The position numbers and the translations under genes were made by a program. Under the pieces are notes generated by a model. It searched no databases. It worked only from the letters and a program-made list of their open reading frames with translations, and had not been told where the DNA came from. A stretch of DNA of 64,000 nucleotides from an uncultured SAR86 cluster bacterium. GTDB lineage: Bacteria > Pseudomonadota > Gammaproteobacteria > Magnimaribacterales > D2472. The DNA lies in the NCBI GenBank assembly GCA_902613705.1, contig CACMIG010000001.1, forward strand, positions 181,706 through 245,705. Direction: 5' to 3'. Positions 20,410 to 28,931 of this stretch are shown piece by piece (positions within the stretch are counted from its first letter, which is position 1; each line of letters starts with the position of its first letter).

Positions 20410-20856
20410 GTGAGTCTCAATATTTTAACATCAGGAGATTTTTCAATTTCAACTCAACTTGAGAATAAACTTAATATGGCTTTTTCATTAATTTGTGAGG
20501 AAGAAAAACTCTCCAACTGTTCTGTGAATTTAAAAATTTTAAATAATAATGAAATACAAGAACTAAACAACAAGTACAGAAAAAAAAACTCACCCACAAA
20601 TGTACTATCTTTCACAAATGAAGATATCTCAAAGTCAATCACAGGAGATTTGGGTGATATTGCAATAAGTTATCAATATTTAGAAGAAGAATCTCGTCAA
20701 CAAAATAAAAAATTTGATGATCATTTAATTCACATGTTAATTCATGGCGTATATCATATATTAGGGTTTGACCATGAAAATAATGAAATGGCAGCTCAAA
20801 TGGAAAATAAAGAGATAAAATTGCTTAAAAAAATAAATATCGACAATCCATATTAA
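20410..20856 (+). CDS. ybeY: rRNA maturation endoribonuclease YbeY
   Basis: Metal-binding motif HMLIHGVYHILGFDHEN. The start is GTG, directly after the ybeZ stop. Confidence 0.9.
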   Translation: MSLNILTSGDFSISTQLENKLNMAFSLICEEEKLSNCSVNLKILNNNEIQELNNKYRKKNSPTNVLSFTNEDISKSITGDLGDIAISYQYLEEESRQQNKKFDDHLIHMLIHGVYHILGFDHENNEMAAQMENKEIKLLKKINIDNPY

Positions 20857-21713
20857 TGAACGAAAAACAAAATCAAGAAGATAATAAGCCTCCGTCGGGG
20901 ATTATTAATAAATTAAAAAAATATTTTAGAAATCCATTTTTCATAAAAACTCAAAGCGTATCTGAAGTAACTGAGTTTCTAAAAGACGCTGTTGATCAAA
21001 AAATAATTGATAAAGAAGCAGAATCAATTGCCAGTAAAGCAATTCGCTTAGGAGATATCACTGTAAAAGAGATAATGATTCCAAAAGTTGATATGGTAAC
21101 AATACAAGTTAAAGACGATACTAACGAAATTATCAAAAGAATAATTGAATCAGGCCACTCTAGATATCCAGTCTTGGGTGAGGAAAGAAATGAGGTAGCT
21201 GGCATCTTATTAGCTAAAGATATCTTACCAAAACTATTTAAAGGTACTGCCGATTTTGATATTAATGAGATGCTTAGAGATCCAAATGTTGTTCCTGAAA
21301 CCAAAAAGGCTGATTCACTTCTAGAAGAATTTAAACAAGATAGATCTCATTTAGCAGTAGTTATAGATGAATATGGAGAAATATGTGGACTTATAACAAT
21401 TGAAGATATTCTTGAAGAATTAGTTGGAGAGATTGAAGATGAACATGACATCGAAGAGCAAGAAATAATTGAAGTCTCAACTAATAAATATAATGTAGAT
21501 GCAAAAATTGAAATAGAAGAGTTTGTTAGTTTCTTTGAACTTGAACTAGATCCACTTACTATTGATGCCGAAACCTTGGGAGGCTTATTTATTTCTGAAT
21601 ATGGAGTGTTACCAAAAATTGGCGATAAAATTAAATTAGAGAATATCTCAATAAAGGTTTCAGACACAGATAATAGAAGAATAAAGAAGTTTATTGTTTC
21701 AATAAATAAATGA
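20856..21713 (+). CDS. corC: CBS-pair / CorC-HlyC domain magnesium-cobalt efflux-associated protein
   Basis: Tandem CBS region followed by a transporter-associated C-terminal domain. The position is syntenic. Confidence 0.85.
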   Translation: MNEKQNQEDNKPPSGIINKLKKYFRNPFFIKTQSVSEVTEFLKDAVDQKIIDKEAESIASKAIRLGDITVKEIMIPKVDMVTIQVKDDTNEIIKRIIESGHSRYPVLGEERNEVAGILLAKDILPKLFKGTADFDINEMLRDPNVVPETKKADSLLEEFKQDRSHLAVVIDEYGEICGLITIEDILEELVGEIEDEHDIEEQEIIEVSTNKYNVDAKIEIEEFVSFFELELDPLTIDAETLGGLFISEYGVLPKIGDKIKLENISIKVSDTDNRRIKKFIVSINK

Positions 21714-23170
21714 AGATTTTAAATTTTATTATTCCAGCATTATTTGGATTAATAGGAATTTTTGCATTCGCACCCTTCTCAATTAAATTCTTAATTTTCA
21801 TATCTTATGGTTATTTGATTCACTTATTAATATCAAATAATAATGGTGTCTTTTGGAAAGTTTTTTGCTGGGGTTTAGGGCATTGGGGATTAGGAATGTC
21901 TTGGATAATAGTAAGTGTTTACTATTATGGAGAAACAACAATAGCAATGTCCTCAATTATATATATTCTATTAGTTGTAATATTAACATTGATATTTACT
22001 TCCCCCCTATTGATACTAAAATCAGCCTTAAGTTTTACTAAAATAAACAACAACTTTTTTAGTGTTCTTTTTATTTCTTCTATATTTACTATTAGCGAGT
22101 TTAGTAGATATTTTTTTCTAAACGGGGTTCCATGGCTAATACCAGGTAATATATTTTTGGATACAATATCACAGAATATTTATCCTATCTTTGGCGTAAC
22201 AGCTGCCTCCTTTTTCATTTATTTTATATGCGCATTGTTCATCGTTTACTCAAATAATATGATATCCTGTGTTTCAGCTGCAATACTTATAATTTCCTTA
22301 TTACCATTTTCACCTGCAGATGAAATCAAAGATGGTATCAAGGTGTCAATTGTTCAACCAGCATCAGATCCTTTTTTAAAATATGAAGATAATTATTATT
22401 TAAAGATCGAGGACAACCTAAATAAACTTATAGATACAGTTTCTAAAGATTCTGAGTTAGTAGTATTACCTGAAGCTGAGCTACCGTACTCTCAGAATAG
22501 TATTAGATTTATAGATTTTCTAAAAAATACAGAAATTTCTGAAAAAATTATTTTAGGCGTATGGAAATATGAAGATGCAAAATTATATAACGCAATTTAT
22601 AGTCCTAGATATAATGAAGCATATAAAAAAATACATCTAGTACCATTTGGTGAGTATATTCCTTTTATTGAAGGTCTTAGAGGAATAATAAATTTTTTTG
22701 ATTTACCAATGTCCAATGTTTCACATGGGAGCCAGTTACAAGAAAATATAAGGATTCTTGATAATATTCCCATTTCTAGTCCAATTTGCTTTGATATTGC
22801 CTTTCCAAATACAGTAAGAAAGATGAATAAAAGTTCTTTATTAATGATTAATGTCTCAAATGACACTTGGTTTGGAAATTCTATTGGACCATATCATCAT
22901 TTAAGTATTGCTAGAGTGAGATCTATTGAGAACAATAGATATACAATAAGAGCAACAAATGACGGTTTATCAGCAATTATTTCTAATAAAGGGACAATTG
23001 TTACTTTATTAGATAAAGGAAAGTCAGACATTCTTGAGGGTAACGTAAAATTAATTAAAAACAGTACTTTTTATTCAAGAAATGGACATTTATTTTTTAT
23101 AATTTTATCGTTTATAATAGTTTTAATTCCTTTTTTAAAAATTATATGGAAAAAAGCACTAAGATCTTAA
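21710..23170 (+). CDS. lnt: apolipoprotein N-acyltransferase
   Basis: Multi-TM N-terminal half and a CN-hydrolase triad context (VLPEAE, KIHLVPFGEYIP, PICFDIAFP). An ATGA overlap joins it to corC. Confidence 0.85.
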   Translation: MKILNFIIPALFGLIGIFAFAPFSIKFLIFISYGYLIHLLISNNNGVFWKVFCWGLGHWGLGMSWIIVSVYYYGETTIAMSSIIYILLVVILTLIFTSPLLILKSALSFTKINNNFFSVLFISSIFTISEFSRYFFLNGVPWLIPGNIFLDTISQNIYPIFGVTAASFFIYFICALFIVYSNNMISCVSAAILIISLLPFSPADEIKDGIKVSIVQPASDPFLKYEDNYYLKIEDNLNKLIDTVSKDSELVVLPEAELPYSQNSIRFIDFLKNTEISEKIILGVWKYEDAKLYNAIYSPRYNEAYKKIHLVPFGEYIPFIEGLRGIINFFDLPMSNVSHGSQLQENIRILDNIPISSPICFDIAFPNTVRKMNKSSLLMINVSNDTWFGNSIGPYHHLSIARVRSIENNRYTIRATNDGLSAIISNKGTIVTLLDKGKSDILEGNVKLIKNSTFYSRNGHLFFIILSFIIVLIPFLKIIWKKALRS

Positions 23171-23697
23171 TTTTTTCAGTTGTTATGACATTTTTCTTTA
23201 CTGAATCTTATGGTCAAAATAACGAAATTATTGTTGATATTTCTGAGCAAAGGCTCTATTTGTATAATAATGATAATTTAGTCCAAAGTTTTCCAGTTTC
23301 AACATCAAAATATGGGGAAGGGCAAATTGAAAATTCCTTTAAAACTCCACTGGGATTGCATGAAATTAAAGAAAAAATTGGAGATAAAGCGCCAATTAAT
23401 ACAATATTTACTGCAAGAGAAAACACAAACAAAAGAGCAGAAATTCAAATCAATCCTAATGATACAGAGGATGACTTTGTAACATCCAGGATATTATGGC
23501 TAGATGGTCTTGAAAATGGTATAAATAGGGGGGTTGGAGTAGATTCTTATAGTAGATATATCTATATACATGGCACCCACGAAGAGGGCTTAATTGGTCA
23601 AAAAGCCTCACACGGATGTATAAGAATGTTCAACAATGATGTGATAGAGCTATTCGATATGGTATCAGAAGGGACAAAAGTCCAAATTAGAGCCTAA
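23146..23697 (+). CDS. secreted L,D-transpeptidase (YkuD domain)
   Basis: Signal peptide plus the catalytic motif HGTHEEGLIGQKASHGCIRM. It overlaps the lnt 3-prime end by 25 nt. Confidence 0.8.
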   Translation: MEKSTKILIFSVVMTFFFTESYGQNNEIIVDISEQRLYLYNNDNLVQSFPVSTSKYGEGQIENSFKTPLGLHEIKEKIGDKAPINTIFTARENTNKRAEIQINPNDTEDDFVTSRILWLDGLENGINRGVGVDSYSRYIYIHGTHEEGLIGQKASHGCIRMFNNDVIELFDMVSEGTKVQIRA

Positions 23698-23724
23698 ATC
23701 ATCTAGTTTTCTAATTTATTAAAT

Positions 23725-25878
23725 CTAAAAATTGTTTGCAACCGACGACATTTCAAAACCTAATTTTTCTTTCCTATCGCCTTTTTGAGGTGCCTCTCCA
23801 AGTTTTCCACCGTCTTTTGCCAGATTCACAAGCATTTCACTTGGTTTGTAGACATCATTACCTGTAATTTCTCTATATTTTTCAAGCTTTTCTATTACTT
23901 TATCAAGTCCCATTGCATTTGCATGATGCATTGGACCACCTCTCCATATTGGGAATCCATATCCATTTATATAAACTACATCAATATCAGCCGCTCTTTG
24001 CGCGACACCTTCAGATAAAATATCTGCACCTTCATTAATAAGAGCTAATATACATCTTTCTACAATTTCTTCATCAGAAATGTCTCTTCTGGTAAATCCA
24101 TTTTCTGATGAGATCTTTTCATATACTGCTTCATTTTCAGGAGCTGGATTTGGTGCTCTAGAACCTTCAGAGTAATTGTAATAACCAGCACCACTTTTTT
24201 GACCATATCTATCTTGTTCACATAACTCATCGCCGATTTTTGCATGAAGTGGGGATTCTTTACCACTTAATTTTCTTGCTCTCCAACCAAGATCTAATCC
24301 AACGAGATCCATCATTCTAAATGGACCCATATTTAGACCAAAGGATTCTAATGCTTGATCAATTTGATGTGGCAATGCACCTTCAAGTAATAACATGTTT
24401 GCTTGAGCTGTATAGCCAAATAACATTCTATTACCAATAAAACCAGGAGCATTTAATGAAACAACAGCTGCCTTTTTAAGCCTCTTGCCTATTGCCATAA
24501 TAGTAGCTAATGTTTCATCTGATGTTTGTTCACCTCTTACAACTTCTAATAGTCTCATTATATTTGCAGGACTAAAAAAGTGAGTACCCACTACCAATTC
24601 AGGCCTACTTGTAACTGATGCAATAGAGTCTATATCTAAACCTGAAGTATTACTGGCCAGAATAGCGCCTTCCTTAACATGAGTATCTAATGACTTAAAA
24701 ATTTCGTGTTTTAATTCAAGATTTTCATATACTGCCTCAATAACAATATCGCAATCAGAGACATCTTTATAATCTAAGCTTGACGATACTAGTCCAAATA
24801 CAGCATTTTTTTGTTCAGGAGATAGACGCCCTTTATTAACCATAAAATCATAATTCTTTTCTATTACTGAAACTCCTCTTTTAAGGTTTTCCTCATCCTG
24901 ATCAATGATATGAACGGGAATGCCAGCATTAGCAAAACACATAGCTATTCCACCTCCCATAGTTCCAGAACCAATAATGCCAGCTTTTTTGATATCCATA
25001 ACTTTAGTTTCTTTAGGAACGTCAGAAATCTTTGAAGCTGCTCTTTCACCAAAGAAAATATGGATCATTGCTTCTCTTTGAGGATGCATTAAACATTCAA
25101 GAAAATATTCACCTTCTTTTTTTAGTCCTTCGTCAAAATCATCAACATTAATTGCTGCTTCTACACATTTTATGATTTGTCCAGGAGCAAATTGACCCTT
25201 TCTTCCCTTAGATGCCATGGCCTGAGCCTCAAGAAGAACCTTATCATCGCCACGAGCCTCTATCATTTTTGAGTTTAAATCTCTTACTTTTGGATGTTCT
25301 TCATCACTGTCAGCTTTATTTTTTATGAATTCTATAGATTCATTAACTACATCTTCAGATATACCATCAACTATTCCCATATCTAAAGCCTTTTTAGCAG
25401 GAACATGTCCTCCAGTAAGCATCATCTTTAGTGCTTCAGATGGTCCTGTAAGCCTCGGAAGCCTTTGAGTACCGCCTCCACCTGGCAATAAGCCTAAATT
25501 AACCTCTGGAAGGCCAACAAACGCGTTTTTATCTGCAATCCTGTAGTTACAGCATAATGCTGTTTCTAGTCCGCCTCCTAAAGCTATACCATTTATGGCA
25601 GCTACAACGGGTTTACTGCAATGCTCCAGTTTTTGAAATACCTCATTTAAGCTCACACCTTCTACATTTCCACCAAATTCTGATATATCAGCTCCAGCAA
25701 TGAAGGCCCTACCATTTCCTGTTAAAACAACTCCTACAACTGAATCATCTTCTTCTGCTTTTGTTAATGATTCGTATAAACCAGTCCTAACTCCATCGCT
25801 TAGGGGATTTACTGGCGGATTATCAACTGTGAGTAGGGCAACATTGTCCTTTACTTCATATAAAACTGTACCTTTCAA
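23725..25878 (-). CDS. bifunctional enoyl-CoA hydratase / 3-hydroxyacyl-CoA dehydrogenase (FadB/FadJ-like, 717 aa)
   Basis: The N-terminal crotonase fold has FIAGADISEF and GGGLETAL. The central Rossmann motif is GIIGSGTMGGGIA. TTG start preceded by GGAGA. No adjacent thiolase gene. Confidence 0.85.
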   Translation of the reverse strand: MKGTVLYEVKDNVALLTVDNPPVNPLSDGVRTGLYESLTKAEEDDSVVGVVLTGNGRAFIAGADISEFGGNVEGVSLNEVFQKLEHCSKPVVAAINGIALGGGLETALCCNYRIADKNAFVGLPEVNLGLLPGGGGTQRLPRLTGPSEALKMMLTGGHVPAKKALDMGIVDGISEDVVNESIEFIKNKADSDEEHPKVRDLNSKMIEARGDDKVLLEAQAMASKGRKGQFAPGQIIKCVEAAINVDDFDEGLKKEGEYFLECLMHPQREAMIHIFFGERAASKISDVPKETKVMDIKKAGIIGSGTMGGGIAMCFANAGIPVHIIDQDEENLKRGVSVIEKNYDFMVNKGRLSPEQKNAVFGLVSSSLDYKDVSDCDIVIEAVYENLELKHEIFKSLDTHVKEGAILASNTSGLDIDSIASVTSRPELVVGTHFFSPANIMRLLEVVRGEQTSDETLATIMAIGKRLKKAAVVSLNAPGFIGNRMLFGYTAQANMLLLEGALPHQIDQALESFGLNMGPFRMMDLVGLDLGWRARKLSGKESPLHAKIGDELCEQDRYGQKSGAGYYNYSEGSRAPNPAPENEAVYEKISSENGFTRRDISDEEIVERCILALINEGADILSEGVAQRAADIDVVYINGYGFPIWRGGPMHHANAMGLDKVIEKLEKYREITGNDVYKPSEMLVNLAKDGGKLGEAPQKGDRKEKLGFEMSSVANNF

Positions 25879-25946
25879 GATATTTCTCCAAAAATAGTTA
25901 AAAAAGCATTATACATAAAAAAACATGATTTATTTTATAAATAGTA

Positions 25947-25974
25947 TTGATAATTGATTATAAATACTTATAAT
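25947..25974 (+). promoter_or_regulatory. near-consensus sigma-70 promoter (TTGATA-N16-TATAAT)
   Basis: TTGATA at 25947-25952, a 16-nt spacer, then TATAAT at 25969-25974. The predicted start near 25980 is immediately 5-prime of the hairpin pair. AT-rich DNA makes such hexamers frequent by chance. Confidence 0.35.
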
Positions 25975-25979
25975 AATGT

Positions 25980-26056
25980 ATGTCAGCACTCCTCTCCCCT
26001 ATTATATTTTGCTGACACTCTGGAATCATGGAGGGCTCAGTCCCTCCATCTCTTTA
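25980..26056 (+). ncRNA. candidate small RNA or 5-prime leader: two GC-rich hairpins, the first with a CU-rich loop
   Basis: Hairpin 1 is TGTCAGCA (25981-25988) paired with TGCTGACA (26010-26017), with loop CTCCTCTCCCCTATTATATTT. Hairpin 2 is ATGGAGGG (26028-26035) paired with CCCTCCAT (26042-26049), followed by CTCTTTAAAA. This is an isolated G+C-rich patch in the largest non-coding gap of the window. Confidence 0.3.
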
Positions 26057-26172
26057 AAAGGTTGTAAATTTATGAATAAAATTAGGGATAATATAGAAGT
26101 CATTTTTTTAGTAACTATTTTCATTTCCTCTCTTTCTGCAATAACTCCTATTACTTAGGTTAGAATACACAC

Positions 26173-26697
26173 ATGAAAAAGATTGCACCTCTTTTTATTT
26201 TATTATTTTCTCTCTATTCTGAAGCATGTTCAGATCTGCTTGATACCGAAATGAGAGTTTTGGATTCAAGTGAAAGTGTCAACTTATGTGAATATACAGA
26301 TCAAGTTGTTTTAGTTGTAAATGTTGCGAGTAGATGCGGATACACCTATCAATATTCTTCTCTTCAAAAACTTTATGAAGATTACAAAAACGAAGGTTTT
26401 GTTGTTCTTGGAGTTCCATCGAGAGACTTTATGCAAGAGTATTCAGATGAAGCAGATGTTGCTGAGTTTTGTTCCACTGAATATGGGGTAGATTTCCCAA
26501 TGTTTGCAACTTCAAAAGTAAGAGGTAGCAAAGCAAATCCCTTATATAAAAAATTGATAGCCCAGAGTGGTGTCTCACCATCATGGAATTTCAATAAGTA
26601 TTTAATTTCTAGAGACGGTAAAGTAGTATCTACATTTGGATCAAGGGTAAAACCTGATTCGCCAGAATTACTATCTCAAATAGAAGAACTTTTATAG
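26173..26697 (+). CDS. glutathione peroxidase family protein (Cys-type) with N-terminal signal peptide
   Basis: VVNVASRCGYT is the active-site Cys context. It also has GVPSRDF and WNFNKYLISRDG. Confidence 0.85.
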   Translation: MKKIAPLFILLFSLYSEACSDLLDTEMRVLDSSESVNLCEYTDQVVLVVNVASRCGYTYQYSSLQKLYEDYKNEGFVVLGVPSRDFMQEYSDEADVAEFCSTEYGVDFPMFATSKVRGSKANPLYKKLIAQSGVSPSWNFNKYLISRDGKVVSTFGSRVKPDSPELLSQIEELL

Positions 26698-26700
26698 TCT

Positions 26701-27339
26701 CTAGTCAGATACCAACACAACCCCAGGTTTATTAAAAGCAAAGATTCCGTTATCAACGACACCCGGAATATTATTTAATAAAATCTCTAAGGCTTCAGGT
26801 TCACTGATATCTATTTCCTCTACGTCAATAATATGATTTCCTTGATCAGTAATAAAATTTTCTCTATAAATTGGTTTACCACCTAAAGCTACAATTTTTC
26901 TTGCAACAGAACTTCTTGCTTCTGGAATTACTTCGACTGGAAGAGGGAAGGCCCCAAGTTTATCAACCATCTTTGTTTTATCAACAATGCATATAAATTC
27001 TTGTGCCGCTGCTGCTACTATCTTTTCTCTTGTATGCGCTCCACCGCCACCTTTGACTAGAAAGTTATTTGGTGACACCTCGTCTGCTCCATCAATATAA
27101 AAATCTATTTGATTAACATCATTTAAACTAAAGACCTCAATATTCTTTTCTCTTAGAAGTTGTGAAGATGCTTCCGAACTTGATACTGCTCCTCGAAAAA
27201 GATTTTTATATGCATCTAATTCATCAATAAAGTAATTCACTGTTGAACCAGTACCAATGCCCAGAACAGTCTCTATCGATAGTTTTTTTTCAATATAATC
27301 AATTGCTTTTTTTGCAACACTTATCTTTGCAGCGCTCAT
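26701..27339 (-). CDS. rpiA: ribose-5-phosphate isomerase A
   Basis: GIGTGSTVNYFIDEL, DGADEV and KGGGGAHTREK. I prefer ATG 27339 over the upstream TTG 27354. Confidence 0.9.
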   Translation of the reverse strand: MSAAKISVAKKAIDYIEKKLSIETVLGIGTGSTVNYFIDELDAYKNLFRGAVSSSEASSQLLREKNIEVFSLNDVNQIDFYIDGADEVSPNNFLVKGGGGAHTREKIVAAAAQEFICIVDKTKMVDKLGAFPLPVEVIPEARSSVARKIVALGGKPIYRENFITDQGNHIIDVEEIDISEPEALEILLNNIPGVVDNGIFAFNKPGVVLVSD

Positions 27340-27378
27340 ACAGTTATAATACAAGAAAATTTTAATACGTGATTTAAA

Positions 27379-28929
27379 TTGAGACTTAAAATAAAAAAAA
27401 CAGGTAATTATAGGAACTCTAAAAAGTATCTTAAAATGATTAATGATGCATCTGTATATGATGTTTCAATAAATTCACCTACTACCTATGCTGCAAATCT
27501 TTCTATGAAAGAGGGGAATGAAATTTATTTAAAACGAGAAGATCTTCAGCCTATTTTTTCTTTTAAGAATAGAGGAGCCTTTAATAAAATTGTTAACTTA
27601 TCTGAAGATAAAAAATCTCGTGGAATAATAGCAGCATCAGCAGGAAATCATGCCCAAGGTGTAGCCTTAGCTTGCAGGAAGTTAAAAATAAAATGTACTA
27701 TTGTGATGCCGGTAACCGCTCCAGAAAACAAATTAAATGCAGTAAAAAGGCTTGGAGCAAAAATAATTTTGCATGGCGAAAATTTAGGAGATGCTCTCGC
27801 TCATGCAGATAAGATTAATAAAAAACATAAGTATACTTTTGTACATCCTTTTGATGATCCATTTACCATAGCAGGGCAAGGAACAGTAGGTCGGGAAATA
27901 CTTGAGGATGAAATTGACTACGATGCTGTCTTCGTCCCAGTTGGTGGAGGAGGCCTTTTGGCTGGCATATCAGCTTGGATAAGACAAACTAAAAAGAAAA
28001 TTAAAATAATTGGTGTTGAAGTAAATGATTCGGCTTGTCTTACAGAAGCATTAATTCAAAATAAAAGAGTTTATCTAAAAAAAGTTGGATTGTTTGCAGA
28101 CGGAGTTGCTGTTTCCCAAGTAGGAAAAAACAACCTTGATGTTATTAAAGAATGCGTTGATGAAGTAATGACTGTTAATATCGATGAAGTCTGCGCTGCT
28201 GTAAAAGATATTTTTGAAGATACTAGAGTATTGTCTGAGCCATCAGGAGCTGTTGCTTTAGCAGGTCTTAAGAGTTACTCAAAAAGAATGAAGAATAAGA
28301 ATCTACTTGCAGTGAGCTCAGGTGCAAATGTTAATTTTCAAAAACTTGGATTTATTGTTGAAAGATCTGAAATTGGAGAAAACCGCGAAAAAATTCTAAG
28401 CATCAAAATTCCAGAGGAACCTGGAAGTTTTTTAAAGCTTGCAAAGGCTATTGGCAAATTACCAGTCACCGAATTTAATTATAGAAAGTCAGATAATAAA
28501 GATGCATATGTATTAGTAGGAATAAGAACTCAATCTGAAAATAGCTTTGAGAAGTTGAAGGCAAAACTAAAAAAACTTAAATATAAATTTAGTGATTACA
28601 CCTCTAATGAAATTTCAAATGATCATTTAAGACATATGGTTGGCGGCAGAGGAGGCCAATCAAATATATCTGAAAAAAATGAAAGAATTTTTAATGGAGA
28701 ATTTCCAGAAAAGCCAGGAGCATTATTAGAGTTCTTAGAAAGTTTTGGAAATCAGTGGAATATTTCACTATTCCACTATAGAAATATTGGATCTGCGTAT
28801 GGAAATATCCTAATAGGAATTGAAGATACACACAAAAATAAGTCCGCACTTTTAAAACATTTACATAAATGTGGAACAGCCTTTAAAGAAGAGAGTAATA
28901 ATAAGGCTTATTTAGATTTCTTGAAGTAA
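27379..28929 (+). CDS. ilvA: biosynthetic threonine ammonia-lyase (threonine dehydratase)
   Basis: The PLP site is FSFKNRGAF. It also has ASAGNHAQGVA and two C-terminal ACT-like regulatory repeats. The start is ambiguous: TTG 27379 or ATG 27436. KKYLKMINDASVYDV aligns with E. coli EYLRAVLRAPVYEA, which favours the upstream start. Confidence 0.85.
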   Translation: MRLKIKKTGNYRNSKKYLKMINDASVYDVSINSPTTYAANLSMKEGNEIYLKREDLQPIFSFKNRGAFNKIVNLSEDKKSRGIIAASAGNHAQGVALACRKLKIKCTIVMPVTAPENKLNAVKRLGAKIILHGENLGDALAHADKINKKHKYTFVHPFDDPFTIAGQGTVGREILEDEIDYDAVFVPVGGGGLLAGISAWIRQTKKKIKIIGVEVNDSACLTEALIQNKRVYLKKVGLFADGVAVSQVGKNNLDVIKECVDEVMTVNIDEVCAAVKDIFEDTRVLSEPSGAVALAGLKSYSKRMKNKNLLAVSSGANVNFQKLGFIVERSEIGENREKILSIKIPEEPGSFLKLAKAIGKLPVTEFNYRKSDNKDAYVLVGIRTQSENSFEKLKAKLKKLKYKFSDYTSNEISNDHLRHMVGGRGGQSNISEKNERIFNGEFPEKPGALLEFLESFGNQWNISLFHYRNIGSAYGNILIGIEDTHKNKSALLKHLHKCGTAFKEESNNKAYLDFLK

Positions 28930-28931
28930 GT

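Noticed and set aside
25976-26158. 60-aa ORF in the fadB-like/peroxidase intergenic region
   Set aside because: Its ATG lies 2 nt after the predicted -10 box and upstream of the predicted transcription start. There is no ribosome-binding site, and the translation has no features. The reading frame runs straight through two stable hairpins. An RNA-level explanation fits better.
26161-26175. A shared 12-mer, AATACACACATG, spans the start codons of the peroxidase gene (26164-26175) and pepP (32538-32549). It could be a translational or regulatory motif.
   Set aside because: There are only two copies. Both are in A-rich start contexts where SD-less initiation is common in this window. I can see no third instance or associated structure, so chance is not excluded.
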